The notes under the pieces are model-generated. The model searched no databases and was not told the origin of the DNA. It saw only the letters and a program-made list of their open reading frames with translations. From sequence record MH791414.1: DNA of 64,000 bases; one strand, given 5' to 3'. A program made the translations under genes and the position numbers. This document shows positions 55,559-64,000 of the stretch, piece by piece. The first letter of the stretch is position 1. Each line of letters begins with the position of its first letter.

Positions 55559-57241
55559 TTATGCACCCAGTACACGAACACGACGGTAGAAGGAGTTTTT
55601 ACCGAAGATTGCAGCACCCGGCATACCGGACTTAATCTTCTCAAAGCCCTTGTTCTTAGCGCCATCAGCGAACGGATGGAGTTTCAGACCGTACCGAGTC
55701 TTGAAACCAAGGATGGTTTGGAAGGACTTCGGATCAGTACCACGGAGCGGAGTCAGCGGAACGTATGGGCAGTAGTACAGACCAGCATCCATTTCGGAGC
55801 TACCCTTGTAACCTACAGTGAAATAATCTTCAACAGCGTATTGGTCGATATACACGCGGTATTTGTTAGCCAGAACGCCAGCGAACACGCTTACAGAGGT
55901 ATCTGTGTTCATGGTAGTAGTACCAGCAGCAGCAGGGCTTACCAGTTGGTCACTAGAACCCAGAATTACCGCAACGTTACGGGAACAAACCAAGAAGTTA
56001 CCATTACCACGACCGGTTTGACGACCGATTTCAGCGGCTTCTTTATCGATTTGGGTAACAAGCGCCTTCGCACTTTCACCTTGCCAACGAGCACCACGAA
56101 CATCGTTCGGGTCACCGAAGTTAAACACGCCAGTAGCGCCACCATGTTGGTTAGTCCAACCAGATTTACCGATTTGTGCGGTAGCGTTGATCCACAGGAT
56201 CAGCTCACGGTTGATTTCCAGCATGATTTCGTTAGCCAGAATAGAACTCAGCTCGCTGTCAGCATCCAGACCGTGTACGTTACGCAGATCTTGCGCCAGC
56301 TCGATGGAGTATTGAGCTTTCAGTTGACGGGCTTTCGCTTCAACAACTTGCTTGTCGATTCGGAAACTCATCTCGTTCCATGGGTTATCAGTAGAACCGT
56401 TGAAGTTTTCCTGAAGTTCAGCCATGGAAGTTGCCATACCTTCACCGATTTCAACTGCCAGTTTATCATTGATCAGTTTCTTATAACCAGCGGTTTTTGC
56501 ATCCGGGGCGGTATCAGCAGTATAAGCTTGGATAAACTGAACTACTTTAGTACCAGAACCGGAGTAATTATCAACTTCTTCGTCCAGTTGGAAGCGAGCC
56601 AGATCACCAACAGAATAGGTAGTGGCTTTATCGAAAGCTGGGATCAGCGGTTTGGTTGCACCACGACCGGAGAAGCTTGCATCAGGACCGTACATCGGGT
56701 GGAATGCTTCACGAGCTTGTGCGTCCAGAGCGTCATCACCATAGATTGCACGAAGGGTGAACACTTGACCAGTAGAGTTAACCATCGGCTGAACACCACA
56801 GATATCAAATGCAATCAGGTTAGCAATTGCACGACGAGCCAGACCCATAACAGCCGGACCTACAGTGGTGATGTTACCAGAAGCTTCACCAGAGGCGATC
56901 TTCACAGCATCATAACCATGGTCACCAACGATGTTTGCTTCGGTCAGAACGGTTTGCAGTTCGGTATCCGACAGTTCTTTACCTTCAGACAGAGCTTGTT
57001 GTTTAGCTTCGTTGATCAGGGCTTTTGCTTCTTCCAGTTGAGCTTTGCGACCGGCTACGTCAATCATGGAATCGATAACAGATTGGTCGGTATAAACACC
57101 ACCATCGTTAGATTTAATATCGTTGAACTGGTTTTCCATCAGACGGGCAACGATATCTTTGCGCTTCATTGACGCAATTTCCGGTGCACCTTCTTTTTCC
57201 AGCAAAGGCTTCCACTTATTAAGAATAGTAGATTTAGACAT
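55559..57241 (-). CDS. 23: major capsid protein gp23
   Basis: LIAFDICGVQPM, EAFHPMY, WNEMSFRIDKQ, YSIELAQDL and TRYG motifs. Confidence 0.98.
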   Translation of the reverse strand: MSKSTILNKWKPLLEKEGAPEIASMKRKDIVARLMENQFNDIKSNDGGVYTDQSVIDSMIDVAGRKAQLEEAKALINEAKQQALSEGKELSDTELQTVLTEANIVGDHGYDAVKIASGEASGNITTVGPAVMGLARRAIANLIAFDICGVQPMVNSTGQVFTLRAIYGDDALDAQAREAFHPMYGPDASFSGRGATKPLIPAFDKATTYSVGDLARFQLDEEVDNYSGSGTKVVQFIQAYTADTAPDAKTAGYKKLINDKLAVEIGEGMATSMAELQENFNGSTDNPWNEMSFRIDKQVVEAKARQLKAQYSIELAQDLRNVHGLDADSELSSILANEIMLEINRELILWINATAQIGKSGWTNQHGGATGVFNFGDPNDVRGARWQGESAKALVTQIDKEAAEIGRQTGRGNGNFLVCSRNVAVILGSSDQLVSPAAAGTTTMNTDTSVSVFAGVLANKYRVYIDQYAVEDYFTVGYKGSSEMDAGLYYCPYVPLTPLRGTDPKSFQTILGFKTRYGLKLHPFADGAKNKGFEKIKSGMPGAAIFGKNSFYRRVRVLGA

Positions 57242-57364
57242 TTTTATTTTCCTTTAAGGTTTATATTTTAAAAAGTTTTCGGATGAAAGAACCATTTCCT
57301 TCTCTCCTTACAAAATTATTTAGGGGTGATTTTTTATAGTGTTTTTAACCACCCCTGAAATTAA

Positions 57365-58207
57365 TTACCAGTAAACGTATTGCTTAATGGACTCGTCGAT
57401 TTTGGTGGATTTAGATTTCTTATCTTCGTCTTTATCCTTACCTTTATCGTCTTTGTCTTTGCCTTCACCTTCGTCTTCGGTGTCATCTTTCTTAAAGTTC
57501 AGTTTGTCTTTATCTTCCTGCTCATTAAGATTGGTGGCTTTGGTTTCTACTTTTTGTGAAACCATCTCAACCAAAGAACCAATACGAGATTTGAATGCGT
57601 CAGCATCACCGAAAGTAATTCCCTCGCTCAAAGTCATAACCTGTTCTTGTTGAATAACAGTCAGATCCTTAATAGACTCGGAAAGAATAGATTCACGCTC
57701 TTTACTCTGCAAAGATTCGGTCAGACTAGTATTTTTTGTCAGAAGAGTATTAATCTTCTCGTGTGCTTCGGAAAGTTCGGACTCCATTTCTGCAACAACA
57801 TCGATAGACTCTTCAGGTACATGTACGTTATGTGCAACAAATGCCTCTTTCAGAGTTGCCAACAGACTTTCTGTCATTTGGGACTTAATACCAGATTGGA
57901 TTGCAACTTTGTTGTCTTCCATAAACTGTTCTGTCAGGTGCTCAAAATAACCATCCAGAGTTTGCATCAGTTCTTCGTTTTTCTGGCGAGCAGCTTCTTC
58001 AACCAGTTCATCACTACGAGCGGCTAGTGCTTCGATGTGTGATTCAGCCAGTCGAACGGCTTCGGAACGAACTTTAGCCTGAAAAACATCAGTCAGAGTT
58101 TCCTTAACACTTTCGTTTAATTGAACCCCTTCAAGCGCCTTGCTCAAAGCATCAGATTCAATAGTGATATTTTTAGCTTCACTAAGCAGTTGGTCTTTAA
58201 TAGACAT
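57365..58207 (-). CDS. 22: prohead core scaffold gp22
   Basis: MSIKDQLLSEAK, LAESHI, GIKSQM pattern; synteny. Confidence 0.9.
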   Translation of the reverse strand: MSIKDQLLSEAKNITIESDALSKALEGVQLNESVKETLTDVFQAKVRSEAVRLAESHIEALAARSDELVEEAARQKNEELMQTLDGYFEHLTEQFMEDNKVAIQSGIKSQMTESLLATLKEAFVAHNVHVPEESIDVVAEMESELSEAHEKINTLLTKNTSLTESLQSKERESILSESIKDLTVIQQEQVMTLSEGITFGDADAFKSRIGSLVEMVSQKVETKATNLNEQEDKDKLNFKKDDTEDEGEGKDKDDKGKDKDEDKKSKSTKIDESIKQYVYW

Positions 58208-58231
58208 TGGGTTTTTCCTTATAATTGAAAA

Positions 58232-58918
58232 TTAACTTTTTAATGCTTCGATTAAATTCTTAATCGCCTCATCATCTGTATTATTTAGGGGTTCATTTTT
58301 TGACTCATTCATACGATAAGCATTTGTATAAGCACTAGGAGCACTCGGACCCCAAACAACGTCAACACCAACAGTTAGTTTATATCCCTCTTGAACCTCA
58401 TTAAGCCCCTTAGAATTACGTTTTAGAGACCCCAGTCCACGAGAACTAACACCGGGAACCCAACCAGCGCGAATTAAAGCCGCAACTTTATCACCTTCTG
58501 CACCATCACCCTCGACAATTCTAGCCTTACCCCAAACATCATTTCCTTTCCACCATAGTTTTTCAATAACCAAGGCAGCATGTTTAGGATCTGGATAAGA
58601 TCTATTTCCGGGGTGATTAAGTTCACCAATAGATTGTTTGATATTAACTTGCTCTTTTATATATTTATCAACTGCCTTTTCCAAAATCTTTTTCGGATAA
58701 ATCCGACCATTTCCATTTGGAATTTCAGCTTGAAGGAAAATACCCTCTATATACAAATTACCAGTATCTTTATCGTTGTATGATTCAACGAGTAACCCTT
58801 TACCATTACTCTCTGAAACACCTTCAGGACAACCCCAATTTTCAATTAGGAGTTTAACGTCTGATGGTTTTCCCGAATCTCTTCCTTCCCAAGTTTCGTT
58901 TATTGTGTCCATGATCAA
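58232..58918 (-). CDS. 21: prohead protease gp21
   Basis: IEGIFLQAE, NGRIYP, GELNHP, GVSSRGLGS and DVVWGPSAP. Confidence 0.96.
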   Translation of the reverse strand: MIMDTINETWEGRDSGKPSDVKLLIENWGCPEGVSESNGKGLLVESYNDKDTGNLYIEGIFLQAEIPNGNGRIYPKKILEKAVDKYIKEQVNIKQSIGELNHPGNRSYPDPKHAALVIEKLWWKGNDVWGKARIVEGDGAEGDKVAALIRAGWVPGVSSRGLGSLKRNSKGLNEVQEGYKLTVGVDVVWGPSAPSAYTNAYRMNESKNEPLNNTDDEAIKNLIEALKS

Positions 58919-59385
58919 AGCCCCATAGAATGACGCTTGCGCATTGCCTTTTTATACTTACGTTGGGCTCTTACTTGGATAGACGGGTTTGCCCGCTTGG
59001 TTTTAACTGCATGTCGTGCAATTTGACGCCGTTGGCTCTTACTAAGACCAGTGGTCTGTGTAGCCCGACGCTCACGAGTAGCCCGGTCATGAATACGAGT
59101 AACCGCACCCATGGAGTTGACACGCTTAACCAAAACCTCATTTAGATCGGTTTCATTTTCAAGAATAGAGATAATAGCCAAAGCTTCGATTGCATTATCT
59201 GCGATCATATTTTCGGCGATAATATATGCATCATCACCAAAAGTTTCCAAAAGCTTTTGTGCTTTAGGTGCAGAAGATTCGATACATTCGGAAATTAGTT
59301 GTGTGAGTAAATCATACTCTACATCAGATTCAAGAATGCGCGAACCTTTTACACCCCATTTAGAAATAACATCGGTTTTTTCCAT
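58915..59385 (-). CDS. 68: prohead core protein gp68
   Basis: R...TTGLSKSQRRQIAR...A.RKYKKAMRKR. Confidence 0.9.
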   Translation of the reverse strand: MEKTDVISKWGVKGSRILESDVEYDLLTQLISECIESSAPKAQKLLETFGDDAYIIAENMIADNAIEALAIISILENETDLNEVLVKRVNSMGAVTRIHDRATRERRATQTTGLSKSQRRQIARHAVKTKRANPSIQVRAQRKYKKAMRKRHSMGL

Positions 59386-59415
59386 TTCTTTTTCCTTCTG
59401 GGGTTAAATTAAAAG

Positions 59416-59571
59416 TTATTCTGTATCGTCCTCGAATGGGGCTAGTTCAGCGCCAAGTTGGACACGCATTTCCTGTGTTTTAGCGGCAATTCGTGAAAAC
59501 ATTTCAGTTTCAAATGCGGAACGAGCATTCAAGAGATTACCCGCTCTAGCTGCTTCGATAAATTCTTCCAT
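59416..59571 (-). CDS. 67: prohead core protein gp67, 51 aa (not in ORF track)
   Basis: MEEFIEAARAGNLLNARSAF; position between 20 and 68; AAGG SD; late promoter at 59585..59591. Confidence 0.85.
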   Translation of the reverse strand: MEEFIEAARAGNLLNARSAFETEMFSRIAAKTQEMRVQLGAELAPFEDDTE

Positions 59572-59596
59572 TTTTATATACCTTTATTTAGAGTTG

Positions 59597-61177
59597 TTAA
59601 AAATCGTCTAATCCATCTTCTGGGTTAGGTGGGTTGAAAATAGTAGATTTAGATTCTTCTTCAATCTTTTTAATCTCTTCTTCGATTTGTTGATCTGTCA
59701 TTTTCATAATGTTTTTCATTACGAAATCATTTGAGTAATAACGACCAATAATCTGGTTGTTCATCATATCCCCAACCACACGGATCCGACGCTCTAGAAT
59801 TTCAATATCTTTCAATTCTTCATAATAAGAATCTTTGGCATAAACGATCCGGATATTTTCCTTTTCTAAATCCCAATCCTCTTTAGACATAATACCTTTC
59901 AAGATTAGGTTAGTAATAAGGGGATCATAAAACACCGCATCAAATTGTTTTTGCATACCACGAACAATCTTTGTAAAAAGAAGTTCATCGCGGGATATAT
60001 CACCACCATTCGAGAAAGTAACACCACCAGATTCGGCTGGTAGTCTACTAAGTGGGATTTTCATCGCTTCATAAAGCTTTCTATTAAACCAGCGAACATC
60101 GTCCATCTCACCAAGTGATTGTGCCCCCGGAAGAGTGCTAATTTCGGTAGACGCTTTACCATCTCTACGCATCAACCAGAAATCTTCTGTCATGCTTAGG
60201 TTATTAGATGCAGTTTTTACCTTACCGGTTGAAGTGTCATATATGACCCGATTTTTAAATCCTTGCATGACTTTATTTACATGTTCTGCTGCTTTTTTAG
60301 GTGGTATACCAGCAACATCAATATAGAAAACCCGTCTTTCTGGGGCGCGGGAAACACGATATATAACTAACGCATCCTCAAGCATTTTTAATTGGTTTGC
60401 TGGTTTAATTGCAGCATGGAGATAACCAATTATAGACCGACCATCACAAGATACTTTCCCGCTATGTGCATATGTCATTGCATCACGTGGAATAATGATA
60501 CGGTTGTTATTTGTTGAGTTTAGGTTGTAGTTAATATTCTCTACTCCGGAATATACGAAATATTCTCGATATCCTTTGTATATACCTTCACCCTCTTGGT
60601 TTTCTTTAAAGTTTTCTCTTACAAATTCAACAGCACGTGGATCCAATAAGCGCATTTCTTTAATGCCTTCTTTCGGTTTTTTCGGATCTATCATTTTATG
60701 AAAATAAATTCGACTATCCACATACCATCTACGATATAATCTTTTTCCTTCTTTTTCGAAATGAAGGAGTCTCAATACTTCTGCGAACTCTTCTTGTACA
60801 AGTTTCTTAACTCTATCTCCCCATTTGGTTGAATCCAAATCTAGGGAAACGCAATTTTTTTCATCCTCTTGGACAATAGAATCGTTTACAATCTCATCAA
60901 TCGCATTATCAACTTCGTGATAATTGGTCAACGACCGATATTGGTTTATTAATTGACGAGTGTTTAAAATTTGTGGGTTAGTCCCAAAGGTATACGCTTG
61001 ATATGCTCTTGTAGGAGCGGACGTATCCATTCTATCAATCGAATTAGCACCATCTGGATTATCAGGAGCTGCAAAGCTATCTATTCCAGAGCTTAATTCG
61101 TCTTTTAATTCCTTATCTTCGGATTTCGCCCAAAGCTTTAGGAAATTTGGAATTCCAAAACCATTAGATGTGAACAT
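59597..61177 (-). CDS. 20: portal protein gp20
   Basis: EVDNAIDEIVND, WYVDSRIYFHK, NQLKMLEDA and RAPERRVFYID. Confidence 0.97.
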   Translation of the reverse strand: MFTSNGFGIPNFLKLWAKSEDKELKDELSSGIDSFAAPDNPDGANSIDRMDTSAPTRAYQAYTFGTNPQILNTRQLINQYRSLTNYHEVDNAIDEIVNDSIVQEDEKNCVSLDLDSTKWGDRVKKLVQEEFAEVLRLLHFEKEGKRLYRRWYVDSRIYFHKMIDPKKPKEGIKEMRLLDPRAVEFVRENFKENQEGEGIYKGYREYFVYSGVENINYNLNSTNNNRIIIPRDAMTYAHSGKVSCDGRSIIGYLHAAIKPANQLKMLEDALVIYRVSRAPERRVFYIDVAGIPPKKAAEHVNKVMQGFKNRVIYDTSTGKVKTASNNLSMTEDFWLMRRDGKASTEISTLPGAQSLGEMDDVRWFNRKLYEAMKIPLSRLPAESGGVTFSNGGDISRDELLFTKIVRGMQKQFDAVFYDPLITNLILKGIMSKEDWDLEKENIRIVYAKDSYYEELKDIEILERRIRVVGDMMNNQIIGRYYSNDFVMKNIMKMTDQQIEEEIKKIEEESKSTIFNPPNPEDGLDDF

Positions 61178-61257
61178 TTATGAGGGTTCCTTTAACTTTA
61201 TCTATAATTATTTAGGGGGATAAAATTCAAGGAGGGGGAATAATCCCCCAACCCGCA

Positions 61258-61746
61258 TTATTCCCACCAGTCTAGAGACAGGATAATTTCGAACATTTCC
61301 ACTTCGGAACCGGTATCCCAGTCCAAAGCCAGTTCTGAAATTTGGGTAGGCCAACATCCATAAACTGTGTAAGATCTGGTTCTATTACCAGCACGGTCTA
61401 ACTGATGTACGGTCGCTTCTTTCTTATAAACTGTAGGAACTTCACCGTTAATATTACGACCAAGGGATTGCGCAATATTTTGCCAATCGATAAATTGTTG
61501 GCGAGTATTGTGTTGAGTGTCGTTATATACAGTAATAGTCCAGTCGTCGAAAGTCCGATCTCCAGCCAATTTCATTTTTTTGTTTTGATACCCTAAAACA
61601 ACTGGTTCTACAGTTGCACCCGGCATCGAAGCCGCTTTACATTTAAAGCGTAGGTCTTGACCCATGAAAGGGATCTCAACCTCAAACAAGTTAGGGCGAG
61701 CTAGGTCCCCCTGACTAAACGCTCTTGAAACGTCTGTTAAGTCCAT
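61258..61746 (-). CDS. 19: tail tube protein gp19
   Basis: GDLARPNLFEV, AGDRTFDDW and YGCWPT. Confidence 0.96.
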   Translation of the reverse strand: MDLTDVSRAFSQGDLARPNLFEVEIPFMGQDLRFKCKAASMPGATVEPVVLGYQNKKMKLAGDRTFDDWTITVYNDTQHNTRQQFIDWQNIAQSLGRNINGEVPTVYKKEATVHQLDRAGNRTRSYTVYGCWPTQISELALDWDTGSEVEMFEIILSLDWWE

Positions 61747-61809
61747 TATTGAAAACCTCTTTAACTGATTTTATTTAGGGGTTGATTTTTCAACCCCTTT
61801 GTGTTTTAA

Positions 61810-63846
61810 TTAGTTCTGTACACCGACCAGTTCATCAAAGTTTGCTGATGTTGCAGTTGCTGCAAATGTCAGGCTTACGTAGTTGATAGAACGTGCTGGT
61901 TTAATCAGGATGGTTGCTACAAACTCATTGCGATCAATAACGGCTGGTGTGTTGTTTGTTTCGTCACAAACAACCCGGAAGTCATAGATACCACCAAGAG
62001 ATTTGATAGAATCCAGATAGGCATTAACTTCACTGCGGAAAGACGAACGAGTAAACGCATCGTTATTCTCAAACAGTTTGTATTTTGCACTTTCTGTGAT
62101 AGACTTCTTCAGAAGGTTAAACAACCGACGAACGTTAATACGGTCGAATGGTGTTGGGGCAAGACTCATGGTCTTATCACCATAAAGGATAAATCCTTGA
62201 CCGGGGAAACCTACAATCGGGTTAATACTGTTCTGGTACAGCTCATCACGGTGTGATTGGCGAGTTTCAATAGCTAGTTTGCGAACGTCGAGGATCTGAC
62301 CACGGTTGAATCCAGCCGGGGACATCCAAGGTTGCGAAACTGTGTCAGTACGTGCGCACAGACCAGCCAAATCAGCACTGAGCGGAATCCAGCGGTTTGT
62401 ATCGTTGTATTTATCATACTGAAGCTTATAGTTACCACCACATGAACTATAGGTAGTACCCACGTTCATATTGTCATCGACAACAGCACCAGATGAAGTT
62501 ACACCACGACGCCATTCAACAATCTTACTGACTGCGGTTGCAACCGGGAGATTGATCATATATTCGCGTGGTGGGCTGATCCAACCTAAACAATCTTGAC
62601 GCTCATCACAAATTGCAGCTACGGATTTTTGTACAGTAGAGGCAATAGCTACACCCTCACCCGCACATGTACCGGCGATAAACAGGTTTACGTCTACGTG
62701 TTCACGGTCTGCAAATAAATCCCATCCAGTAATCCAATCACCAGCAGATGCAGCTTCGTTACCACTTGCACCACCACCGAATGTTAGGATCCCTGAGTAT
62801 TCTGCGGGCCAGCTTTCAGCAACACCTTGAATAAAGGTAGAGTACCCATTGATGAAGAATTCATCAACATAGATACTAGAACCGTAAATGTCTCTATCCC
62901 CTTCCTTAGTAGAAAGTACACGAGATTCAACAGCAGAACCACCCAAGAAAACAATCATTGCGAACTGGTCTTTGGTTTGTGGTCCATACTCCAAATATGA
63001 ACTTGGGGTAATATTACCAAAACTCGAACCACTCGGGAAAGTTTTAAGGTTTACTGTTTTTACAGTTGTCGGTTTTCCATCAGTTCCGAAATTATAATAA
63101 TCTTTATATGCGATAAAAGCAACTTGTAGATTATCACCTTTCTGACCAGCATAACGAGAAGCGACTACCGGGATACCATAACTTTCACACATATCAATAT
63201 ATGTGTCCGAGTTTTCATCCCTACGTAACAGGGCTTCCCGCGCATATTCATCATTACGGATGTAAATTTCACTATCTTGACGAATACCATTCAGCACTGC
63301 GGTTGCAGATTGTCCGCTACCCGGACCGCCAGATGAAAATTGGATCTGCCAACCATTCTGAAGTGCAGGATAATCGTTTAATTCTTTTGCTTTAGCCACA
63401 ACTTCGGCAGTAGAGAATTTAACAAAAGTAACACCACCAACAGAGTTAAGAGCGGAAACTTTACCAGTTGTAATAGTAGTCCCGTTTTGAAGGATCTTAA
63501 CATCATCACCGATACGATAATCAACACCCGGAGATGTAATTGTATAATCGATTGTTTGGAAGAATGGACTTGAATTTCGGGCAGTATCTTCATCCAGAAT
63601 ACGCACTGTACGGAGATCGTTACCGTATTTTAAAAAGTTGATAGCACTCAACACGCTATCAGCGGTTTGATTATCTGGGCGACCAAATCGATCTATAAGA
63701 TCGGTCTCAGAAACAATCTGAGCGATTTGATATGCAGGCCCCCACTGGAATTTACCAGCTAGGGCAGCCCGACCAGTGCTAGATCGGGCAATAGTTGTCT
63801 GCATATTAATCTCTTTGGCTTCTACACCCGGAGAGAGTAATGTCAT
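61810..63846 (-). CDS. 18: tail sheath protein gp18
   Basis: MTLLSPGVE, FQWGP, PAGFNRG, RINVRRLF and KPARSINY. Confidence 0.97.
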   Translation of the reverse strand: MTLLSPGVEAKEINMQTTIARSSTGRAALAGKFQWGPAYQIAQIVSETDLIDRFGRPDNQTADSVLSAINFLKYGNDLRTVRILDEDTARNSSPFFQTIDYTITSPGVDYRIGDDVKILQNGTTITTGKVSALNSVGGVTFVKFSTAEVVAKAKELNDYPALQNGWQIQFSSGGPGSGQSATAVLNGIRQDSEIYIRNDEYAREALLRRDENSDTYIDMCESYGIPVVASRYAGQKGDNLQVAFIAYKDYYNFGTDGKPTTVKTVNLKTFPSGSSFGNITPSSYLEYGPQTKDQFAMIVFLGGSAVESRVLSTKEGDRDIYGSSIYVDEFFINGYSTFIQGVAESWPAEYSGILTFGGGASGNEAASAGDWITGWDLFADREHVDVNLFIAGTCAGEGVAIASTVQKSVAAICDERQDCLGWISPPREYMINLPVATAVSKIVEWRRGVTSSGAVVDDNMNVGTTYSSCGGNYKLQYDKYNDTNRWIPLSADLAGLCARTDTVSQPWMSPAGFNRGQILDVRKLAIETRQSHRDELYQNSINPIVGFPGQGFILYGDKTMSLAPTPFDRINVRRLFNLLKKSITESAKYKLFENNDAFTRSSFRSEVNAYLDSIKSLGGIYDFRVVCDETNNTPAVIDRNEFVATILIKPARSINYVSLTFAATATSANFDELVGVQN

Positions 63847-63858
63847 TTTATTTTCCTT

Positions 63859-64000
63859 TTAAGTTGCAAAAGTATAAGATTCTTCACTGTTGTATCCAGT
63901 GGAACTATTTATCTCAATAGTATTTACCCCATCATTATAAATGACGGTTAATTCGAATTCTTCATCCATACCATCTATTTCATCTTGGAATAGATCTCTA
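63859..64000 (-). CDS. 17: 3' end of large terminase gp17 (truncated by window)
   Basis: acidic tail RDLFQDEIDGMDEEF...; directly upstream of 18 as in T4. Confidence 0.6.
   Translation of the reverse strand, partial: RDLFQDEIDGMDEEFELTVIYNDGVNTIEINSSTGYNSEESYTFAT

Larger units (their letters stand above)
4457..61778. promoter_or_regulatory. set of CTAAATA late promoters
   Basis: minus: 4457, 6942, 29147, 37978, 47835, 53019, 55495, 57317, 58282, 59585, 61209, 61772; plus: 29134, 45335, 47848, 51721, 52564, 53607; mostly directly upstream of morphogenesis genes. Confidence 0.85.

Noticed and set aside
55676-57172. 498-aa plus-strand ORF antisense to gene 23
   Set aside because: Shadow ORF explained by the strong codon bias of a highly expressed gene; no SD, promoter or protein motif
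1-64000. tRNA, rRNA, IS elements, CRISPR arrays
   Set aside because: None recognisable by eye; a tRNAscan or Infernal run would be needed to exclude small structured RNAs formally

Overview
A 64 kb segment of a T4-like (Straboviridae-type) myophage genome, AT-rich, with no bacterial chromosomal genes. Left half (minus strand): dexA, a trimeric-type dUTPase, primase gp61, 61.1, helicase gp41, gp40, uvsX, a split DNA polymerase (gp43A/gp43B), regA, gp62/44/45, gp46/47, gp55, two glutaredoxins and a consolidated nrdA-nrdB-nrdD-nrdG-grcA block. Centre: an antisense GIY-YIG homing endonuclease, an intergenic repeat element, gp35-like and gp34 tail fibre genes, then rnh-dsbA-33-59-32, ligase, dda, uvsY/uvsW and an accessory islet with rnlB and inh. 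Right end: head and tail module (24, 23, 22, 21, 68, 67, 20, 19, 18, 3' end of 17). No dCMP hydroxymethylase or glucosyltransferase lies at the T4 positions, and late genes are preceded by CTAAATA rather than TATAAATA. Most interesting: (1) a free-standing, apparently splicing-dead Hint/intein-fold gene directly upstream of gp41; (2) the C-terminus of the 61.1 homolog matches the N-terminal arm of the phage's own mature capsid protein (16/33 identical, ungapped, including the protease site); (3) a two-module intergenic element present twice with the modules in swapped order (origin candidate); (4) a SLOG + RyR-domain gene pair; (5) a small ORF between gp43A and gp43B that looks -1 frameshifted. 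All assignments come from motif recognition by eye; no database searches were run.
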